32,000 nucleotides of DNA from Opitutia bacterium KCR 482 (lineage in GTDB: Bacteria; Verrucomicrobiota; Verrucomicrobiia; Opitutales; Intestinicryptomonadaceae), in contig CP149973.1 in the NCBI GenBank assembly GCA_029269845.2, positions 1,050,001-1,082,000 on the forward strand, read 5' to 3'. Position numbers and translations under genes: made by a program. The notes beneath the pieces are model-generated. The model saw only the letters and a list, made by a program, of their open reading frames with translations, did no database searches and was not told the origin of the DNA. Positions 16,336 to 25,645 of the stretch are shown piece after piece. Each line of letters opens with the position of its first letter. Within the stretch, counting starts at the first letter, position 1.

Positions 16336-17017
16336 CGATTTCGGCGAAACGGTTTTGAGGGCGGAGGGAGTGCGCAAAAAATTCAGGTCTCCCGACGGCG
16401 GATTCTTGGAGGTTTTGCGCGGCGCAAGCCTGTCGGTCGGGCGCGGCGAAAGCGTGAGCCTGCGCGGCGAAAGCGGCGCGGGAAAGACGACGTTCCTGAA
16501 TATCCTCGCGGGTTTGGAATCGCCGAGCGGCGGGAAGGTATTTTGGGGCGGCGCGAGAATCGACAATCTGCCGAACTCAAAGCAGGCAAAACTGCGGGCG
16601 GGCTTCATGGGATTCGTCTTCCAGAACTACTGCCTTGTGCCCGAACTCAACGCGCTCGAAAACGTCTGCCTTGCCGCGCGAATCGCGGGCAGGTTCGACT
16701 CGCAAACGCCGAAACTCGCGCTCGGACTCCTCGAAAGGGTCGGGCTGAAATCGAGGGCAAAGCACCTGCCGCCGCAAATGTCGGGCGGCGAAAAGCAGCG
16801 CGTGGCGGTGGCGCGGGCAATTCTCAATTCGCCGCAAATCATACTCGCCGACGAGCCGACGGGCAACCTCGACGAATCTACGGCAAACGAAGTCATGGAA
16901 ATGTTCCTTTCGCTCTGCGCCGAACGCGGCACGGCTCTGCTGCTCATCACCCACAACCCCGACTTCGCAAAGCGCACGGCTCGCAGCGTAAAAATGTCGG
17001 GCGGCGAAGTTTTTTAA
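16328..17017 (+). CDS. lolD: Lipoprotein-releasing system ATP-binding protein (LolD-like ABC ATPase)
   Basis: Walker A GESGAGKTT, ABC signature MSGGEKQR and Walker B ILADEPTGNLD. It is translationally coupled to the permease gene. Confidence 0.85.
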   Translation: MNSDFGETVLRAEGVRKKFRSPDGGFLEVLRGASLSVGRGESVSLRGESGAGKTTFLNILAGLESPSGGKVFWGGARIDNLPNSKQAKLRAGFMGFVFQNYCLVPELNALENVCLAARIAGRFDSQTPKLALGLLERVGLKSRAKHLPPQMSGGEKQRVAVARAILNSPQIILADEPTGNLDESTANEVMEMFLSLCAERGTALLLITHNPDFAKRTARSVKMSGGEVF

Positions 17018-17062
17018 ATCCGGCTCGCGGACGCAGCGTCAAGCGCGGCGGATTCGGTTTTT
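17017..17062 (+). terminator. Possible terminator after lolD
   Basis: An imperfect two-part stem: AATCCG/CGGATT outside and CGCG/CGCG inside, followed by cggTTTTT. It starts at the stop codon. Confidence 0.4.
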
Positions 17063-17133
17063 CGCTAAACTGTACAGTAAAAATTTTTAAACAAGATTCG
17101 ACAAAACCTAAGCTGCGTTTAAACTTCGGATTC

Positions 17134-19029
17134 ATGAAAACAATATACACGGGATTGCTATTTGCTGTTTTATCGACGCTCGCGGCATGCGCGACATGCG
17201 CGGGCGAAAGTCGAAAGGGAACCGCCCACGTTGACGAAAACGGCGTGTTTGTGGACGGCAAGCCGTTCAGGTTTCTGTCGGGCGAAATGCACTATTTCAG
17301 AATACCGCGCGGGAACTGGAAAGACAGAATAGAAAAGCTTAAAGCATGCGGGCTGAACACGCTTGCCACATACGTTCCGTGGAACCTGCACCAGCCGTCG
17401 GAAGACGAATTTTATTTCGACGGAATTGCCGACCTCGACGCATACCTCAAACTCTGCAAGGAGGAGGGGCTTAAAGTCATGCTGCGCCCCTCGCCGTACA
17501 TCTGCGCGGAGTGGGACTTCGGCGGACTCCCCGCGTGGCTTCTCAAAGACCGCAACCTCACCATCAGGTGCTCCGACCCGAAGTACCTCGCCGCGGTAAA
17601 AAAATACTACGACAAACTTTTCGAAATCGTCAAGCCGCACTTCTGCAACAACGGCGGCGCGGTGGTCGCAATACAGCTCGAAAACGAATACGACAACTTC
17701 GCCGACGACGCCGAATACATAGAATTTCTGCGCGACTACGTTTTGAATACGGGCTTCAAGGGCATAATCTACTCCGCCGACCCATCGCCCACAAGCGCGC
17801 TAAACCCGCTGCCTGTGGACGGCGTGTGGCTCACGGCAACCTGCGGCGGCAAGCTGGTTTCGACATTCAAAAAGATGAAGCGCATACAGCCCGACAAGCC
17901 TGTAATGGTCAGCGAACTCTGGGCGGGTCAGGGAATGCGCCTAAAAATTCCCCTTCGCGTTCGCGACTACAAGGCGACAGCCGCAGAGCTTGACGAATTT
18001 CTCGCCATGGGCGGGCATGTCAGCTTCTACATGTTCCACGGCGGAACGACGTTCGGGCTGATGAACGGCGCAATGCGCAAGACCTCCGCCTTTGCGGAAT
18101 TCCGCCCGCAGATTTCAAGCTACGACGTGGACGCGCTCCTCAACGAAGCGGGCGACCCCATGCCGAAATATTTTGCATTCCGCGAAGTGCTTTTGAAATA
18201 CAACCCCGACGCGAAAAACATTCCCGTCCCCCCCGCGTCGAAAAAGGTAAAACACTCCGACGCCGTTTTTGAAAAATGCGCCTCAATGCGCAAAAACATC
18301 GAAAACCTCTCGCCGAAAACAATAAAATGCGCGGTGCTCCCGACGATGGAGGACACGGGCTTCAACTACGGCTTCATAAACTACTCGGCGAAAATCAGGC
18401 CGCAGATTTCGGACTCGCAGCGCCTGTCAATCTACGGAATCCGCGACCGCGTCTGGGTGAACCTCGACGGCGCGGACATCGGCGACTGCGGGCAGAACGA
18501 CCCCGAACCGATTTACAAAATCAAGGTCGGCAAAAACGGAAGCACGCTCAACATACTCGCGGAAAATCAGGGGCGCGTGAATATCGGGCCTACGATGGCT
18601 GAAAACCGCAAGGGCATCACGGGCGGCGTGCGCATTCAAAACGAATACCACTTCGGCTGGACGGCAAACCCGATTCCCCTCGAAGACATCTCGAAAATAG
18701 ACTGGAAGCCGCTCGGCAAAACGGCGTCGGCGGACAAGTCGGAATACCCCATGTTCTTCAAGGGAAAATTCGAGGCGTCGGAAGCCGCCGACTCTTACGT
18801 GTCTTTCGAAAACTTCACGCGCGGATACATCTGGATAAACGGCTTCCTGCTCGGCCGCTACGACGCCGACAGCCCGCTGAAAACGACATACATTCCCGCG
18901 ACGCTCGTCAAAAAGGGCGCAAACGAAATAGTCCTGCTTGAATGCGACGCCGCAAAAGAGCCGAAGCTCGAATTTACAACGCAGCCGCGCGGACTCGTAA
19001 AAGACGAAATCAAAATTCTAAAAGACTGA
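17134..19029 (+). CDS. Glycoside hydrolase family 35 beta-galactosidase, probable lipoprotein
   Basis: The track ORF 16543..19029 has an Arg-rich false extension that overlaps lolD. The real start is the ATG at 17134, giving MKTIYTGLLFAVLSTLAACATCAG (LAAC lipobox). GH35 motifs are GEMHYFRIP, TYVPWNLHQP and IQLENEY. Confidence 0.9.
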   Translation: MKTIYTGLLFAVLSTLAACATCAGESRKGTAHVDENGVFVDGKPFRFLSGEMHYFRIPRGNWKDRIEKLKACGLNTLATYVPWNLHQPSEDEFYFDGIADLDAYLKLCKEEGLKVMLRPSPYICAEWDFGGLPAWLLKDRNLTIRCSDPKYLAAVKKYYDKLFEIVKPHFCNNGGAVVAIQLENEYDNFADDAEYIEFLRDYVLNTGFKGIIYSADPSPTSALNPLPVDGVWLTATCGGKLVSTFKKMKRIQPDKPVMVSELWAGQGMRLKIPLRVRDYKATAAELDEFLAMGGHVSFYMFHGGTTFGLMNGAMRKTSAFAEFRPQISSYDVDALLNEAGDPMPKYFAFREVLLKYNPDAKNIPVPPASKKVKHSDAVFEKCASMRKNIENLSPKTIKCAVLPTMEDTGFNYGFINYSAKIRPQISDSQRLSIYGIRDRVWVNLDGADIGDCGQNDPEPIYKIKVGKNGSTLNILAENQGRVNIGPTMAENRKGITGGVRIQNEYHFGWTANPIPLEDISKIDWKPLGKTASADKSEYPMFFKGKFEASEAADSYVSFENFTRGYIWINGFLLGRYDADSPLKTTYIPATLVKKGANEIVLLECDAAKEPKLEFTTQPRGLVKDEIKILKD

Positions 19030-19057
19030 ACGCCCGCGCCCGCCGCGCCGCGCAAAT

Positions 19058-19078
19058 CTCCCCGCCGAAATCGGGGAG
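19058..19078 (+). other. Hairpin downstream of the GH35 gene, terminator-like but without a T-tract
   Basis: CTCCCCG-ccgaaat-CGGGGAG, followed by AAAAAG rather than a run of T. Confidence 0.3.
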
Positions 19079-19131
19079 AAAAAGTCTAAAAAGTGTTGCA
19101 AGACGCGCGGGGTTTGGTTGAATTTACGGAT

Positions 19132-20013
19132 ATGCAAAATTTTTCAGGAGTTTGGACCGCTTTGATTACCCCGATGACCGAACAGGGCGTCGATTACGAC
19201 GCGCTTAAAAAGCTCGTCGAAGCGCAAATCAAGGGCGGCGTTAAGGGACTTGTCGCGGTCGGAACGACGGGCGAATCGCCCACGCTCGACCCCGTGGAAC
19301 ACATTGTAGTAATCAAGAAAATCATAGAGTACGCAAACGGCCGCGTTCCCGTAATCGCGGGAACAGGCTCGAACTGCACGCGCGAAGCGGTGCACCTCAC
19401 AAGAGAGGCGGACGAAGCAGGCGCGGACGGCTTCCTCGTCGTTGCGCCCTACTACAACAAGCCGTCGCAGGAGGGCGTATACCTCCACATGGCGGAAGTC
19501 GCAAAATGCACGCGCAAGCCGATTTTCCTCTACTCGATTCCCGGGCGCTGCGGAATCGAAATCTCCAACGACACCGCCGCGCGGCTGTACAAAAAATTCC
19601 CCAACATCTGCGTGATGAAAGAGGCTGGCGGCAAGGTTGAAAAGGTCGAAGATCTCAACGGCAAAGTTGACGCAAACTTCACGATTTTAAGCGGCGACGA
19701 CGGACTTACGATAGACTTCATGAAAAAGGGCGCAAAGGGCGTAATCAGCGTGGCGTCTAACATCGTTCCCGAAAAGATGGTCGAAATGGTGGACCTCATG
19801 CTCGCGGGCGAAACGCAAAAGGCGCAGGCTATTTCGGACTCGTTCGCGGGCTTCTTCCACGCGCTGTTCATCGAGCCGAACCCCGTTCCCGCAAAGACCG
19901 CAATGGCATTGAAGGGCATGATTTCAAGCCCCTTCGTGCGCCTGCCGCTCTGCGCAATGCGCCCCGAAAACCTCGAAAAACTCGAAACCGAAATGAAAAA
20001 GGCGGGGATATAA
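19132..20013 (+). CDS. dapA: 4-hydroxy-tetrahydrodipicolinate synthase
   Basis: The start was moved to the ATG at 19132 (MQNFSGVWTALITPM). Motifs are GTTGESPTL, the YNKPSQEG region, and CVMKEAGG carrying the Schiff-base lysine. Confidence 0.95.
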   Translation: MQNFSGVWTALITPMTEQGVDYDALKKLVEAQIKGGVKGLVAVGTTGESPTLDPVEHIVVIKKIIEYANGRVPVIAGTGSNCTREAVHLTREADEAGADGFLVVAPYYNKPSQEGVYLHMAEVAKCTRKPIFLYSIPGRCGIEISNDTAARLYKKFPNICVMKEAGGKVEKVEDLNGKVDANFTILSGDDGLTIDFMKKGAKGVISVASNIVPEKMVEMVDLMLAGETQKAQAISDSFAGFFHALFIEPNPVPAKTAMALKGMISSPFVRLPLCAMRPENLEKLETEMKKAGI

Positions 20014-20015
20014 AA

Positions 20016-20744
20016 ATGGCTTTCAAAATTCTCATAAACGGCGCGAACGGGCGCATGGGACACGCAATCGCCGCAACAGCAAAAGAGGCGGGCATGGAAT
20101 GCGTCGGGTGCGACTTGGGCGACAACGCCGAAGACCTCATCAAAGACTGCGACGCCGCGATAGACTTCTCTTTCCGCGACGCGACCGCGCCGCTTGCAAA
20201 ACTCTGCGCAAAATACAAAATACCCCTCGTGATAGGCACAACGGGGCACTCGCCCGAACAGCGGGCGGAAATCCTCGAATGCGCGAAGGAAATCCCGATT
20301 GTGTGGGCGGGCAACTACTCGCTGGGCGTGAACCTTCTGAACTATTTGACGAAAATCGCCGCAAAAATTCTCGACGACTCCTACGACGTGGAAATCGTGG
20401 AAATGCACCACAAGCACAAAAAGGACGCGCCCAGCGGCACGGCGGAAAAGCTCAAAGAGATTGTCTGCAAGGAGCGCGGAGTCGGCGAAGACTCGGTTTG
20501 CTACGGGCGCAAGGGAATGGTCGGCGAGCGCAAGGCGGGCGAAATAGGCGTGCACGCGCTCCGCGGCGGAAGCGTCGTCGGAGACCACACCGTGATTTTC
20601 GCCGCCGACGGCGAACGCTTGGAGCTTGTCCACAAGGCCGCCGACAGGGCGGTGTTCTCGAAGGGCGCGGTTCGCGCGGCGCAGTGGCTGAAAGGCAAGC
20701 CCGCGGGACTCTACGGCATGGACGACGTTCTGAATTTGAAATAA
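20016..20744 (+). CDS. dapB: 4-hydroxy-tetrahydrodipicolinate reductase
   Basis: N-terminal INGANGRMG dinucleotide-binding motif and EIVEMHHKHKKDAPSGTA. It starts 2 nt after the dapA stop. Confidence 0.95.
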   Translation: MAFKILINGANGRMGHAIAATAKEAGMECVGCDLGDNAEDLIKDCDAAIDFSFRDATAPLAKLCAKYKIPLVIGTTGHSPEQRAEILECAKEIPIVWAGNYSLGVNLLNYLTKIAAKILDDSYDVEIVEMHHKHKKDAPSGTAEKLKEIVCKERGVGEDSVCYGRKGMVGERKAGEIGVHALRGGSVVGDHTVIFAADGERLELVHKAADRAVFSKGAVRAAQWLKGKPAGLYGMDDVLNLK

Positions 20745-20752
20745 CGCACAGC

Positions 20753-20780
20753 GTCCGCGCCGAAAAGCGCGGACTTTTTT
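20753..20780 (+). terminator. Rho-independent terminator after dapB
   Basis: GTCCGCGC-cgaaaa-GCGCGGAC followed by TTTTTT. Confidence 0.8.
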
Positions 20781-20849
20781 ATGCTTGCGGGCAAAACGCG
20801 CCCGCGCAAAAAACCGCCGCCAACAATTGCGCGGCAAACGGAGTTTTTT

Positions 20850-21440
20850 ATGATAGTCGGGATAAAAGGCAAACTGGTTTCGTCGTCCCTGTTCGAGGCG
20901 GTCGTTGAAACGGGCGGAATTTTCTACGAAGTGAACATTCCGCTTACAACTACGGAATTACTTCCGAAAACGGGAAGTGAAGTCATGCTGTACACGGTGG
21001 CGGTCTACCGCGAGGACTCGCAGTCGCTCTACGGGTTCGCGTCGGCGTCCGACAGGGACTTCTTCAAAACGATAGTCGAAAAAGTCTCCGGAATCGGGCC
21101 GAAAACCGCGCTGAACATGATGAGCAGAATGTCGGTCGCAACACTGCGCGATTCGATAAAATCGGGCGACGTCGCCACGCTCTCGAAATGCCCCGGAATA
21201 GGCAAAAAGACGGCGGAGCGGCTTGTGCTAGAATTGAAGGGAACTCTCGCGGGCGTTTCGGGGTCTGCAAACGCGGCGGCGGGCGGCGCGGAAAATTCGA
21301 ACGTCTCCGACGCTGTCGCGGCTCTGGCGGCTCTGGGGCTGAAAGTTTCCGACGCCGACAAATGCGTCCGAGCGGCGGTGCAAAAACTGGGCGCGGACGC
21401 CGACACGGAAGCCCTCGTAAAATTCGCATTATCCAAGTAA
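20850..21440 (+). CDS. ruvA: Holliday junction branch migration complex subunit RuvA
   Basis: The start was moved to the ATG at 20850 (MIVGIKGKL). Helix-hairpin-helix motifs are SGIGPKTALNMM and CPGIGKKTAERLVLELK. Confidence 0.9.
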   Translation: MIVGIKGKLVSSSLFEAVVETGGIFYEVNIPLTTTELLPKTGSEVMLYTVAVYREDSQSLYGFASASDRDFFKTIVEKVSGIGPKTALNMMSRMSVATLRDSIKSGDVATLSKCPGIGKKTAERLVLELKGTLAGVSGSANAAAGGAENSNVSDAVAALAALGLKVSDADKCVRAAVQKLGADADTEALVKFALSK

Positions 21441-21443
21441 ATT

Positions 21444-22460
21444 ATGACAAAAGAGGAAATTTTAAACACGCTCAAAGCGGTAAAATACCCGCCCTACTCG
21501 AAGGACATAGTGTCGTTCGGAATGGTAAAATACGTCAAGACCGACGGCTCGCGCGCGGAAGTGCGCATATTCACGGGCGGCGAAAAGGAGGCGGCGAAAA
21601 AGGTCGTCTTGGAGGCGACGAAAGTTCTCGAAGCCGCATACCCGAACGCGAAGTTCGACGTGGTTCTACTTGCGGAAGACCCCGCAAAGGCGCAGGCTCC
21701 CGCGCCTAAAAACGAAACGCTCGCGGGCGTCAAAATGAAAATCGCGGTGGCGTCGGGCAAGGGCGGCGTCGGCAAGAGCACGGTCGCGGTGAACCTCGCA
21801 AAGGCGCTGGCGGAAATCTTTTCGAAAGGCGGCGAAGCGCGGGTCGGGCTGATGGATTGCGACATTCACGGGCCGAGCGCGGCGATTCTGATGGGCGAAA
21901 AAGTCTTCCCGTCAGTCACCCCCGACGAGAAAATCGTGCCGCCGACAATCGACGGAATCAAGGTGATGTCGATGGGCATGCTTGTTGATGACGACCAGCC
22001 GCTAATCTGGCGCGGGCCGATGGTCACAAGCGCAATCAAGCAGTTCGCCGAACAGTCCGAATGGGGAGAGCTTGACGCAATGGTAATAGACCTACCCCCC
22101 GGCACGGGCGACGCCGTGCTGAGCGTTGTGCAAATCATTCCGCTCGACGGCGCGCTGATTGTAAGCACCTCAAACAAGCTCGCCGCGACAACCGCCGCAA
22201 GGGGCGCAATGGTCTTCGAAAAAAGCGGCGTGAGGATTTTGGGAGTGCTCGAAAACATGGCGTATTTCCAAATGCCCGACGGCTCGAAGGAATACGTTTT
22301 CGGAGAGGGATTCGCCGACGAGGCCGCGCGGAAGCTCGGAACGGAAGTCGTGGCGAGGATACCGATAGACAAAAGCCTGCAAAGCGGAAATCCGTCGGGG
22401 GCGTCGCGCAAGATTTTCCTCGAACTCGCGCGCAGAATTTCCGACGCGCTCAAAAAGTAG
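21444..22460 (+). CDS. apbC: Mrp/NBP35 (ApbC) family iron-sulfur cluster carrier ATPase
   Basis: N-terminal DUF59-like region (ILNTLKAVKYPPYSKDIVSFGMV), deviant Walker A IAVASGKGGVGKST, and the CDIHGPS motif. Confidence 0.9.
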   Translation: MTKEEILNTLKAVKYPPYSKDIVSFGMVKYVKTDGSRAEVRIFTGGEKEAAKKVVLEATKVLEAAYPNAKFDVVLLAEDPAKAQAPAPKNETLAGVKMKIAVASGKGGVGKSTVAVNLAKALAEIFSKGGEARVGLMDCDIHGPSAAILMGEKVFPSVTPDEKIVPPTIDGIKVMSMGMLVDDDQPLIWRGPMVTSAIKQFAEQSEWGELDAMVIDLPPGTGDAVLSVVQIIPLDGALIVSTSNKLAATTAARGAMVFEKSGVRILGVLENMAYFQMPDGSKEYVFGEGFADEAARKLGTEVVARIPIDKSLQSGNPSGASRKIFLELARRISDALKK

Positions 22461-22474
22461 CCGATAACATTCAC

Positions 22475-24088
22475 ATGAACACCGACAAGCCCGAAAACAA
22501 CCCCGACGAAAAACCGAAGCCCGAAAATCCGCTCGAAGAGTTGAAGAAACAGCTCGAAGGAATTTTCGGCGGCAAGCCCGTGAAAGTCGAATTCGGGGAG
22601 ATTCCGTTCGGGGCGCAATCCGAACAGGGAGAACGCCCCGCAGACCCCGCGGACGACTCGGAGGAAGTGCTCAAACGCATTCGCGAGTTCTCCATGAAGC
22701 CGCGCGAAATACGCGACTACCTCAACCGCTACGTCGTCAAGCAGGACGAGGCCAAAAAGGTGCTTTCGGTCGCAATCTGCGACCACTACAACCACGTCCG
22801 CCGCTGCCTCGAAAACCCCGACGTCAAAGAGCTTGAATACGGCAAGCAAAACATTCTCATACTTGGGCCTACGGGCGTCGGCAAAACATACCTCATGCGG
22901 ACAATCGCAAAGCTCATCGGCGTGCCGTTCGTCAAGGCTGACGCAACGAAGTTCTCGGAAACGGGATACGTCGGCGCGGACGTTGAGGACCTTGTGCGCA
23001 ACTTGGTGAAGACCGCAAACGGCAACGTGGACGTGGCGCAGTACGGCATAGTCTACATCGACGAAATCGACAAAATCGCGGGGCGCGGCGACTTCGGCGG
23101 CAAGGACGTTTCGGGGCGCGGCGTGCAGATAAACCTCCTCAAACTCATGGAGGAATCGAACGTAAACGTAGTCGGCCCGCAGGACATGATGGGGCAAATG
23201 CAGATGGCAATGAGCGCGCGCGGCGGCAAAAAGCCCAAGCGCACAATCAACACGCGCCACATTCTGTTCATCGTAAGCGGCGCGTTCGACAAGCTGGGCG
23301 AGTCAATCGCAAAGCGCATGAACCGCGGCACAATCGGCTTCGCGTCGGACTCCGACTTCGACAAAAACGCCGACAATTCCGACTACCTGAAATTCGCCGA
23401 AACAAGCGACTTCATCAAATACGGGTTCGAGGCGGAATTCATCGGCAGACTCCCCGTGCGCGTCGCCTGCGAAGCCCTAAAACCCGACGACATCGCCGAC
23501 ATTCTTGTGTCGTCGGAAGGCTCGATTTTGAAGCAGTACCGCGAGGATTTTGCGGGCTACGGCATAGATTTTTCGATAACCCCCGAAGCGGTCAAGGCAA
23601 TCTCGAACCTCGCGTACCTCGAAAAAACGGGCGCGCGCGGGCTGATGACAGTGCTCGAACGCACCCTGCGCGACTACAAATTCGAGCTGCCGTCGTCGGG
23701 CATAAAAAGCTTCGAGCTTAACACGCGCACGGTCGAAAACCCGAAGGAGACGCTCAAAGAGCTGCTCGTGGACAACGGCGATTTGATTCGCGACTCAATG
23801 CTTGCCGACATCGAAAAGTTCGCCGCGTCGTTCCGCGAAAAGACGGGCTTCGGGCTGAAACTCGACGACGGCGCAAAACGTGCGCTCGTCTCCGAGTCGG
23901 TCGAAAACGACAAGTCGGTGTCGGCGGTCTGCGAAAGGGTTTTCAAGGATTTCAAACACGGGCTTGCGATTGTATCGCGCAACACGGGCGAGACGGAATT
24001 CGCAATCTCCGCCGACTGCGTGGGCAACCCCGACAAGTTTTTGTCGGACATGGTGGTGCGCTCCTTCGGAAAAAAATCGAATGAATAA
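22475..24088 (+). CDS. ClpX-like AAA+ unfoldase lacking the N-terminal zinc-finger domain and carrying a C-terminal extension
   Basis: Walker A LGPTGVGKT, pore loop ETGYVGAD, Walker B IVYIDEIDKI, SGRGVQINLLKLME, an IGF tripeptide (GTIGFASD) and sensor-2 KTGARGL. The first 73 aa are acidic and Pro-rich with no Cys. About 150 aa follow GARGL. Confidence 0.8.
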   Translation: MNTDKPENNPDEKPKPENPLEELKKQLEGIFGGKPVKVEFGEIPFGAQSEQGERPADPADDSEEVLKRIREFSMKPREIRDYLNRYVVKQDEAKKVLSVAICDHYNHVRRCLENPDVKELEYGKQNILILGPTGVGKTYLMRTIAKLIGVPFVKADATKFSETGYVGADVEDLVRNLVKTANGNVDVAQYGIVYIDEIDKIAGRGDFGGKDVSGRGVQINLLKLMEESNVNVVGPQDMMGQMQMAMSARGGKKPKRTINTRHILFIVSGAFDKLGESIAKRMNRGTIGFASDSDFDKNADNSDYLKFAETSDFIKYGFEAEFIGRLPVRVACEALKPDDIADILVSSEGSILKQYREDFAGYGIDFSITPEAVKAISNLAYLEKTGARGLMTVLERTLRDYKFELPSSGIKSFELNTRTVENPKETLKELLVDNGDLIRDSMLADIEKFAASFREKTGFGLKLDDGAKRALVSESVENDKSVSAVCERVFKDFKHGLAIVSRNTGETEFAISADCVGNPDKFLSDMVVRSFGKKSNE

Positions 24089-24824
24089 CGGAAACAAAAT
24101 AGCCGACCCCGACAGCCGCGAGGAAAACTCCGTAAAAAAAATGTTCTCCCGCGTTGCCCCGTTCTACGACGCCGCAAACCGCGCAATGACTTTCGGGCTC
24201 GACGTTCTCTGGCGCAGGCGGCTCGTCCGCGCCCTCTTCCCGCGCGGAGCGGCGGGCGCAAAGACGGTGGCGGACATCGCGTGCGGAAGCGGAGACGTCG
24301 CGCTGGAAATAGCCGCAAAATATCCCGACGCGGAAATAAAGTGCGCCGATTTCTGCAAGCCGATGCTCGAAATCGCCGCAAAAAAATTCGCAAAGAAACG
24401 CCCCTACGCGAAAGTCGAATTCGTCGAGGCGGACTGCGAAAATCTGCCTTTCGGCGACGCCGTTTTCGACGGCGCGACAATTTCGTTCGGCTTCCGGAAT
24501 TTCAGAAACAGACCCGCATGCCTGCGCGAAATATTCCGAACGCTCAAACCCGACGCGCGGCTCTGCGTACTCGAAGTCTGCCGCGCGCGCGGCGCGTTTG
24601 CGGCGGCGCAAAAAATTTTCATGGGCAAATTCGTCCCCCTTGCGGCGTCGCTTTGCGGCGGCGTCAGGGCCGACTACGAATACCTTGCGGAGACAACGCT
24701 CGCATATCCGCCGAGGGAGGAAATTGAAAAAATGTTTCTCGACGCGGGCTTCGAGTCGGTCTCGACGCGCCCGATGGCGTTCGGACTTGTCGCGATTACG
24801 GCAGGGCAAAAAGGAAAAAAATAA
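24081..24824 (+). CDS. ubiE: Demethylmenaquinone/ubiquinone C-methyltransferase (UbiE/MenG family)
   Basis: The start is the ATG at 24081 (MNNGNKIADP), overlapping the upstream stop by 8 nt. Motifs are MFSRVAPFYDAANRAMTFGLDVLWRR, the SAM motif VADIACGSGDV, and ISFGFRNF. Confidence 0.85.
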   Translation: MNNGNKIADPDSREENSVKKMFSRVAPFYDAANRAMTFGLDVLWRRRLVRALFPRGAAGAKTVADIACGSGDVALEIAAKYPDAEIKCADFCKPMLEIAAKKFAKKRPYAKVEFVEADCENLPFGDAVFDGATISFGFRNFRNRPACLREIFRTLKPDARLCVLEVCRARGAFAAAQKIFMGKFVPLAASLCGGVRADYEYLAETTLAYPPREEIEKMFLDAGFESVSTRPMAFGLVAITAGQKGKK

Positions 24825-25645
24825 TGGACGAAAAAAAACCTCCGCACGGCTCGGAATTCGGCGAACAGGCGGGACTCGTCGATATGGACGAATTTCCGAC
24901 TTGGATTGTCTACGAAGACGACAACTTTCTCGCGCTAAACAAACCGGGGTGGCTCGTATGCCACCCGTCGAAAAACGGTCCGCTGTCGAGCCTCGTGGGC
25001 GCGGCGCGGGAATACCTCAAAGCCGACGTGCTCCACCTCGTCAGCCGCCTCGACCGCGAGACGAGCGGGATTGTCATGCTAGCTAAAAACAAAGAAACCG
25101 CAAGCACCGCGCAAAAGGCGATGGACGGTAGCGGGCTTGTCTCAAAAACCTACCTCGCGCTCTTGGAGGGCAGACTCGCGGGCTGCGCGACGGTCGCCCA
25201 GCCGCTCGCCGACGACAAAAAATCGCTCGTGGCAATCAAGACATGCTGCGCCGTTCAAAAGCCGTCGGCGAAAAAGGCGATAACGGTTTTCACGCCGCTT
25301 TCGTACTCGCAAACGGGCGGCGACTACACCCTCGCGGAGGTCAAAATACTCACGGGGCGCAAGCATCAGATACGCGTCCACGCCCAGTGGCTGGGGCACT
25401 GCGTCGTTGCCGACAAGCTCTACGGACACGACGAAACCCTGTACCTCGACTTCGCCGAAAAGGGCTTCACGCCCGAAATGCTGAAGGTGCTTCCCATGAA
25501 GCGGCAGGCTCTGCATGCGTTCGAAGCGGATTTCTCGCGGGTGTTCCCGAACCTCGTTTTCCGCGCCCCGCTGCAAGCGGACTTCCTGCAATTCATGTCG
25601 GAAAGGCAAATCGCCCTACCCGCAAAATACGACATCGCAAAATAA
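24824..25645 (+). CDS. RluA family pseudouridine synthase
   Basis: Catalytic-Asp motif VSRLDRETSGIVMLAKN and GRKHQIRVH. There is a TAATG overlap with ubiE. Confidence 0.85.
   Translation: MDEKKPPHGSEFGEQAGLVDMDEFPTWIVYEDDNFLALNKPGWLVCHPSKNGPLSSLVGAAREYLKADVLHLVSRLDRETSGIVMLAKNKETASTAQKAMDGSGLVSKTYLALLEGRLAGCATVAQPLADDKKSLVAIKTCCAVQKPSAKKAITVFTPLSYSQTGGDYTLAEVKILTGRKHQIRVHAQWLGHCVVADKLYGHDETLYLDFAEKGFTPEMLKVLPMKRQALHAFEADFSRVFPNLVFRAPLQADFLQFMSERQIALPAKYDIAK

Noticed and set aside
16543-17133. A 197-aa N-terminal extension of the GH35 ORF. Similar extensions affect valS, rsmG, ubiE, dapA, ruvA, lysS and the small lipoprotein
   Set aside because: The extensions overlap the upstream gene or an intergenic region and are Arg-rich. 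Each is followed by an internal ATG that starts a signal peptide or the conserved N-terminus of the family.
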